A stretch of DNA of 64,000 nucleotides, from contig CAVTRI010000004.1 in NCBI GenBank assembly GCA_963737075.1, positions 65,695-129,694 on the forward strand, read 5' to 3'. Position numbers and translations under genes: made by a program. The notes beneath the pieces were generated by a model. It saw nothing but the letters and a program-made list of their open reading frames with translations. It made no database searches and was not told the origin of the DNA. This document shows positions 59,069-64,000 of this stretch, piece after piece; position 1 is the first letter of the stretch, and each line of letters opens with the position of its first letter. This DNA comes from an uncultured Actinomycetota bacterium (GTDB lineage Bacteria > Actinomycetota > Acidimicrobiia > Acidimicrobiales > Palsa-688).

Positions 59069-60322
59069 CTAGTGCCGCATCAAGCAACCTTTGCGCGCTT
59101 TGAAACAGCACGAAGTGCTTCATGGTCCTTGTGGCGGTTGCGCCAGGCGATGTAGCGGCGGATCATCGAGTTCTGCTCCTCATGGCTTTGATGGTCGGTG
59201 CCGTTGAGAGCGAAGTAGCGCAGCGCGGTGAAGTGACATTCGATGCGATTGAGGAAGCTGGCGTTGGTCGGCACATAGGCCAGCTCGGCGTTGTTCGCGG
59301 CCGCCCAGTCACCGACCCGACTGTCTTTCTTGGTCGAAAGATGCGGAGTGAAGTTGTCCATCACGATCGCGATGCGCACCTCGGGCGGGTAGAGGCTGCG
59401 CAGGTAACGGCAGAACTCCAAGAACTTGGTCCGGTTCTTCGTGGTCTTGATGTGACCGTAAAGGTGGTCCCGGTTCATGTCCAGCGCGGCGAGCAAATGC
59501 CGCACACCCTTGGTGCGCTTGTAGGTGGCCCGGTTCCGACGCCGCCGCGGGGCCGAGGTTGAGCCCTTCGATCCTCGCCGCACCACCGGCGCCCACTGCT
59601 TTCCGGGCCGGGGCAGCAGATTGAGCGGGCCGAACTCGTCCATCGAGAACACCACCGGTGGGTCGCCTGGCCCAGGGGTCGCCTTGCCCTCGGCGATGTC
59701 GTACAGCTCGAGGACACGGTTCTTCTTCGCCTCGAAGTCGGAGTCGGTGGACTGCTTCCAGGTCTTCACCGCTTGAAAGGACACCTCCTCGTCACGCAGG
59801 ACCAGCCGGAGCCCCTCGTGGGAGATGTCGTCGACCACCCCCTCGGCCACCAAGAACTCAGCCAGCTTGGCCAGGCTCCAGGTCGAGAACGGCAGACCGT
59901 GGTCGCCGGGACGGGACAAGGCGATCTTCTTGATCGCCTGGCGTTGCGGCAGCGTAAATGTCGGCGGACGGCCACCGGCGTACTTCGGATAGAGCGAATC
60001 GAAGCCATCAGCGTTGAAGTTGTTGATCACTTCGCGCACCCGGTCGGCACTGGTGAAAGTCACCTTGGCAATACCAGACACGTCCATTCCCTGCACCGAC
60101 AACAGCACCATCTGCGCCCGCCGCCAAGTAACCACCGAACCCGACGACCGCCGGACGATACGAAGCAGCCGGTTGCCCTCTTCATTCGAGACCTCCCGGA
60201 CCCGCAAACCTTCCCGAGCCACCATCACCTCCGATCGGACACCAACATGTCCGATCAGCGTGACCGGCCCTACCTCGCCGATGGTGGATCTACCAGGCAA
60301 ACGTTCCCGGACGCGGCACTAG
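59069..60322 (-). mobile_element. IS630-family insertion sequence, copy 2, nested in the group II intron
   Basis: 1254 bp with the same termini as copy 1 and CTAG at both ends. Confidence 0.9.
59080..60300 (-). CDS. IS630-family DDE transposase
   Basis: 406 aa, identical to copy 1 except for one residue (Gln versus Pro in LLSV[Q/P]GMD). Confidence 0.9.
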   Translation of the reverse strand: MPGRSTIGEVGPVTLIGHVGVRSEVMVAREGLRVREVSNEEGNRLLRIVRRSSGSVVTWRRAQMVLLSVQGMDVSGIAKVTFTSADRVREVINNFNADGFDSLYPKYAGGRPPTFTLPQRQAIKKIALSRPGDHGLPFSTWSLAKLAEFLVAEGVVDDISHEGLRLVLRDEEVSFQAVKTWKQSTDSDFEAKKNRVLELYDIAEGKATPGPGDPPVVFSMDEFGPLNLLPRPGKQWAPVVRRGSKGSTSAPRRRRNRATYKRTKGVRHLLAALDMNRDHLYGHIKTTKNRTKFLEFCRYLRSLYPPEVRIAIVMDNFTPHLSTKKDSRVGDWAAANNAELAYVPTNASFLNRIECHFTALRYFALNGTDHQSHEEQNSMIRRYIAWRNRHKDHEALRAVSKRAKVA

Positions 60323-60917
60323 CCACACGGGCACTCACCGGCAACTCCTTGTGACGCAAGCACAGACGAAGCAGCGGCCCTTCCCATCACCGGCGGTTAT
60401 GTTGTCCGACCGGCTCGAGCGGTACTACGGCCGCCTCCGACTCCCTCCCGGCGCACCGCCCACTTCCCGGCTCATCACCAGTTATAGAGCGTTACCGTTC
60501 CCACGTGCTCCGCAGCCGTCGGGCCGGGGAGGGCCTCCACAGTTCCCGCCGCCACCTTCCGAACGTTCCGCGCCCTCTACACCGGGGAGTCCTTCGCGGC
60601 TGCACCTCCAGGCTCTTCACCGCTTCCATGGCCTTCACCGTGAAAGACGCGGCTCGGCTCTCCCTCCGCCCCGCCCGAAGGCGGGCACACTAACGATGCG
60701 GCAGGCTTCGCTTGACGCTACGGACCGCTCGGTCGCTCCCCCCAAGGGGCTTTCGACGTTGGGCTTCGACCCGGCCCGTTTCCAGACTGAGCCGCCAACC
60801 TGCTACCGGGCTCCCTGGCGATCACCCGGACCGGACTCACACCGGCTGGCGACGACGAGCTTCCAGTCAGGTCATGTCAACTCGATAGGCACCTCCTGAC
60901 TGCTGTGCGCACTCCTA

Positions 60918-62315
60918 GGGTCCCTGTAAATCGGACTGGCCTGAGCTTCCATGTTGAGGTCCGCTCAAGGACCAAACAGGGAGGCTCAGGCCGATGAGGA
61001 GAGTACCGCCGTCCATGCTCGTGCGCGAGGAACTCGATCAGCTGCTGCATGGCAGCGTCGACGAGGGCACGAATATCGTGTCGAGTTTGGTGGAGACGAT
61101 CACCCGCATGGTGGTCCAGGAGCTGTTGGAGGCCGAGCAGGCTGACTTCTTGGGTGGTCGGGGCCGCTATCAGCGGCGAGCTGGAGACCAGCGGGGCTCT
61201 CGCAACGGCTATGAGGACGGCGGGATCCGCACCGCCGAGGGGGCCATCGGCGTCCGTTTACCCCAGGTGCGCGGGGCCGGCGAGCCGTTCCGGTCGGGCC
61301 TCATGACTTTCTTGGAGGGCAACTCCGAGGTCCTGGATCGTTTGGTCACCGAGATGTACGCCCGGGGCCTGTCCACCCGCGACGTGGAGGACGCATTCCG
61401 CGACGCCACCGGGGAGCTGCTCATCTCCAAGTCGGCGGTGAGCCAGATCACCGATCAGCTGTGGGAGGACTACTCGGCCTTCATCGCCCGCGATCTCTCC
61501 GACGTCGAAGTCCACTACTTGTTCTGTGACGCCGTGTTCGAGTCCCTGCGCCGCCAGGGGGCCAAGGAGGCGCTGCTGGTGGCCTGGTGCATCGACTCCG
61601 AAGGCCGCAAGCACCTGCTGCACCTGGCCGTGGGCAACCGGGAGTCCGAGGTGGCCTGGACGGAGTTCTTCCGGAACATGTTGGGACGTGGACTGCGCCT
61701 GCCGACCACGGTGACCTCCGACGGCGCCCCGGGCGTTCTCCGGGCAATCGGGGCGGTATTCCCCAACAGTGTGCGCATTCGTTGCTGGTTCCATCGCCTT
61801 GCCAACATCCGCTCCAAGCTGCCCGACGAGTCGGCCGCTGAGGTCATGGCGCATTTGTATGCCATCCGTGACGCGCCGACCATCGACGCCGCCCGGGCGG
61901 CCGCCGACCGCTTCGAGAACACCTACGGCCGCCAGTTTCCCTCGGCCGTGGCCTGCTTCGCCGACGATCGCGACGCCCTGCTGGCGATCCACCGCGTCCC
62001 GGTGCGTCACCGCATCCGGGTTCGTACCACCAACCTGGCCGAGCGGTCCTTCGAGGAGGAGCGTCGGCGGACCAAGGTCATTCCCCGGCTAATGAGCGAG
62101 AGGGCCACCATGAAGCTGGCCTTCGCGGCCATGATCCGCGCCGCCGATCGCTGGTGCCGGGTCTCGATCAACGATCTCGAGCGCCACCAGCTCAGGCTCC
62201 TACGAGCCGAGCTCGGCCTCGATCCGCCACCCGTCCAGGACCAACCCAACCGTCGAAGGAGACCGTCCGAGCGAACCGCGGCATAGGCCCACGCCACGAG
62301 CATTTACAGACCTTT
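60918..62315 (+). mobile_element. IS256-family insertion sequence (ends approximate)
   Basis: Left GGGTCCCTGTAAATCGG (60918-) versus right CATTTACAGACC (62301-62312, reverse complement GGTCTGTAAATG). A second CTGTAAA-containing candidate right end lies at 62391-62410. Confidence 0.6.
60994..62286 (+). CDS. IS256-family (Mutator-like) transposase
   Basis: 430 aa. Contains EAEQADFLGG, RNGYEDGGIRTAEGAIGVRLPQVRG, YARGLSTRDVED, YLFCDAVF, VTSDGAPGVLRAI, IRCWFHRLANI and TTNLAERSFEEERRRTKV. Confidence 0.9.
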   Translation: MRRVPPSMLVREELDQLLHGSVDEGTNIVSSLVETITRMVVQELLEAEQADFLGGRGRYQRRAGDQRGSRNGYEDGGIRTAEGAIGVRLPQVRGAGEPFRSGLMTFLEGNSEVLDRLVTEMYARGLSTRDVEDAFRDATGELLISKSAVSQITDQLWEDYSAFIARDLSDVEVHYLFCDAVFESLRRQGAKEALLVAWCIDSEGRKHLLHLAVGNRESEVAWTEFFRNMLGRGLRLPTTVTSDGAPGVLRAIGAVFPNSVRIRCWFHRLANIRSKLPDESAAEVMAHLYAIRDAPTIDAARAAADRFENTYGRQFPSAVACFADDRDALLAIHRVPVRHRIRVRTTNLAERSFEEERRRTKVIPRLMSERATMKLAFAAMIRAADRWCRVSINDLERHQLRLLRAELGLDPPPVQDQPNRRRRPSERTAA

Positions 62316-62524
62316 CATGGCGGTGGCCGCCACGAATGGATGAGAATCGTGGCGGGTCCGGCTGAGCTCGCTCTTCCTTGGTGCAGTTGAGCCCGTTTTA
62401 CAGACTGACGCCCGGGGTCTTCCCGGCACCACGAACTGTTGTCCTCGAGCACGCCTCATAGCGTCGTTGATCGGTTGACCCTGCCGGCCCGCCCAGTCCC
62501 GCCGAGTAGGAGGAGGCCAAAATT

Positions 62525-63759
62525 ATGGAACTGGTGGTGCAGCGTTGCGCTGGGGTCGACATCGGCAAGGACGAGGTCGTCGCCTGCGTCCGAACGCCGG
62601 GCGATCACGGCGGGCGTCACAAGGAGACCCTCACGTTCGCGACCTTCACTTCCCAGCTGGACGCCCTCGCGGACTGGTTCGTCGCTGACGGGGTCACCGA
62701 GGTGGTGATGGAGGCTACTGGCTCGTATTGGAAGCCGGTGTGGTATGTGCTGGAGGAGCGAGGGTTCGACCTGAGGCTGGTCAACGCTCGCCACGTCAAG
62801 CTCGTCCCCGGTCGCAAGAGCGACGTGGCCGACGCCGAATGGCTGGCTGAGCTGCTCGAACACGGCTTGCTGCGTTCCAGTTTCGTTCCCCGTTGGCGAT
62901 CCGTCTACTGCGGGACCTCACCCGGTATCGCAAGCGGTTGATCCAGGCTCATACCTCCGAGTGCCAACGGATCCAAAAGACCCTCGAAGATGCCGGCATC
63001 AAGCTGGGCTCGGTGGCCTCTGAGGTGCTCGGCGTCTCCGGACGTGCGATGCTGCGAGCGCTGATCGCTGGAGAGCGCAACCCCGAAGTCTTGGCTGAGC
63101 TGTCCCAGCGCAAGCTTCGTCGCAAGATCCCGGCGCTGCGAGAAGCGCTGCGTGGCCGCTTCGGGGACCACCACGCCTTGCTCGTGGGCATGTCGCTCGA
63201 TCATGTCGAGTATCTCGAGGCTCAGATCACCAGGCTGGACGTTGCAGTCGATCGAGTGATCGCCCCTTTTGCTGAGGCTCGCGACCGTCTCGACACCATC
63301 ACCGGCGTCGGCAAACGATCCGCGGAGTGCATCATCGCCGAGATCGGCACCGACATGAGTCGATTCCCCACCGCCGGGCACCTCGCATCGTGGGCGGGGA
63401 TGTGTCCGGGCAACAACATCACCGGCGGCAAACGGCGGTCTGGGAAGACCCGCAAGGGCAGCCCCTGGCTGGCCGAGATCCTCGTCGAGTGCGCCTGGGC
63501 CACCGCCCACGCTCGCAACGCCTATCTGTCCGCCCAGTTCTGGCGTCTGGCGCGGCGCACCGGCAAGAAGAGAGCCGCCGTCGCCGTCGGCCACTCCATC
63601 CTCATCGTCTGCTGGCATCTGCTCAGCCAAAACTGTGACTACGCCGACCTCGGTGACGACTGGTTCACCCGCCGCACCGACCCTGAACGCAGACGCGACC
63701 ACCTCATCCGCCGACTCCAAGACCTCGGCTACGGCGTCAGCCTCACCAAAGTCGCATAA
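62525..63759 (+). pseudogene. IS110-family transposase, second type, one frameshift
   Basis: Reads MELVVQRCAGVDIGKDEVVAC...MEATGSYWKPVWYVL...KSDVADAEWLAELLEHGLLRSSFVP, then switches at the C4 run 62888-62891 to LAIRLLRDLTRYRKRL...ITGVGKRSAECIIAEIG.DMSRFPTAGHLASWAGMCPGNN. Confidence 0.85.
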
Positions 63760-63762
63760 CGC

Positions 63763-64000
63763 CTAGTGCCGCGTCCGGGAACGTTTGCCTGGTAGATCCA
63801 CCATCGGCGAGGTAGGGCCGGTCACGCTGATCGGACATGTTGGTGTCCGATCGGAGGTGATGGTGGCTCGGGAAGGTTTGCGGGTCCGGGAGGTCTCGAA
63901 TGAAGAGGGCAACCGGCTGCTTCGTATCGTCCGGCGGTCGTCGGGTTCGGTGGTTACTTGGCGGCGGGCGCAGATGGTGCTGTTGTCGGTGCAGGGAATG
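63763..64000 (+). mobile_element. IS630-family insertion sequence, copy 3 (first 238 bp; continues beyond the window)
   Basis: Identical to the left end of copy 1 except for the same single C/A difference that distinguishes copy 2. It is inserted at a CTAG 3 nt after the IS110-type transposase stop. Confidence 0.9.

Larger units (their letters stand above)
57562..60912 (-). mobile_element. bacterial group II intron (about 2.09 kb without the nested IS630)
   Basis: On the minus strand the 5' end is GTGCGC at 60912. About 590 nt of structured RNA precede the IEP. An RT/maturase ORF is present. Domain V lies 13 nt after the ORF stop. The candidate 3' end ...CUACCCAAC is at 57562 (an alternative ...CCCUAC is at 57568). 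Confidence 0.85.

Overview
This is a high-GC (roughly 68-70% by eye), Actinomycetota-like chromosomal segment. All product calls come from reading the translated ORFs and recognising family motifs; no database search was possible.

The window has three parts.

(1) 1-18.7 kb holds miscellaneous genes:
- four tandem RibD_C/DHFR-like paralogues plus an SRPBCC gene
- a TerC gene, an amidohydrolase, a TRIC channel and an M20 amidohydrolase
- a PPK2-otsB-GH65 phosphorylase-beta-phosphoglucomutase trehalose/alpha-glucan block
- a DnaJ/CbpA-like gene

(2) 19-46 kb is a sugar-acid and pentose-phosphate region.
- A LarA-like nickel-pincer racemase/epimerase sits divergent to uxaC, a uxuB-like gene and an FGGY gluconokinase-like gene.
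- Next come a cytidylate-kinase-like gene, a beta-glucuronidase and a GPH symporter.
- These are followed by xfp-ackA, an SMP-30 lactonase with zwf, a HAD gene, a truncated transaldolase and a 2-hydroxyacid dehydrogenase.
- A second, decayed paralogous glucuronidase module follows, with its own lactonase and a divergent G6PD-like gene.
- A frameshifted transketolase closes the region.

(3) 47-64 kb is rich in mobile elements:
- three near-identical IS630 copies
- an IS1111/IS110-type element splitting an ABC ATPase gene
- a group II intron whose maturase start is severed by IS630
- an IS256-family element and a frameshifted IS110-family element

The most interesting signal is that the hexuronate cluster has no uxuA/kdgK/eda in view. 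It carries a LarA-type enzyme and a gluconokinase-like gene instead, which suggests a mannonate-to-gluconate epimerase bypass feeding the phosphoketolase route.

The second striking property is the density of disrupted genes: about 19 in 64 kb. This means either real reductive decay accompanying IS expansion, or indel errors in the assembly.

No rRNA, tRNA or CRISPR array was seen.
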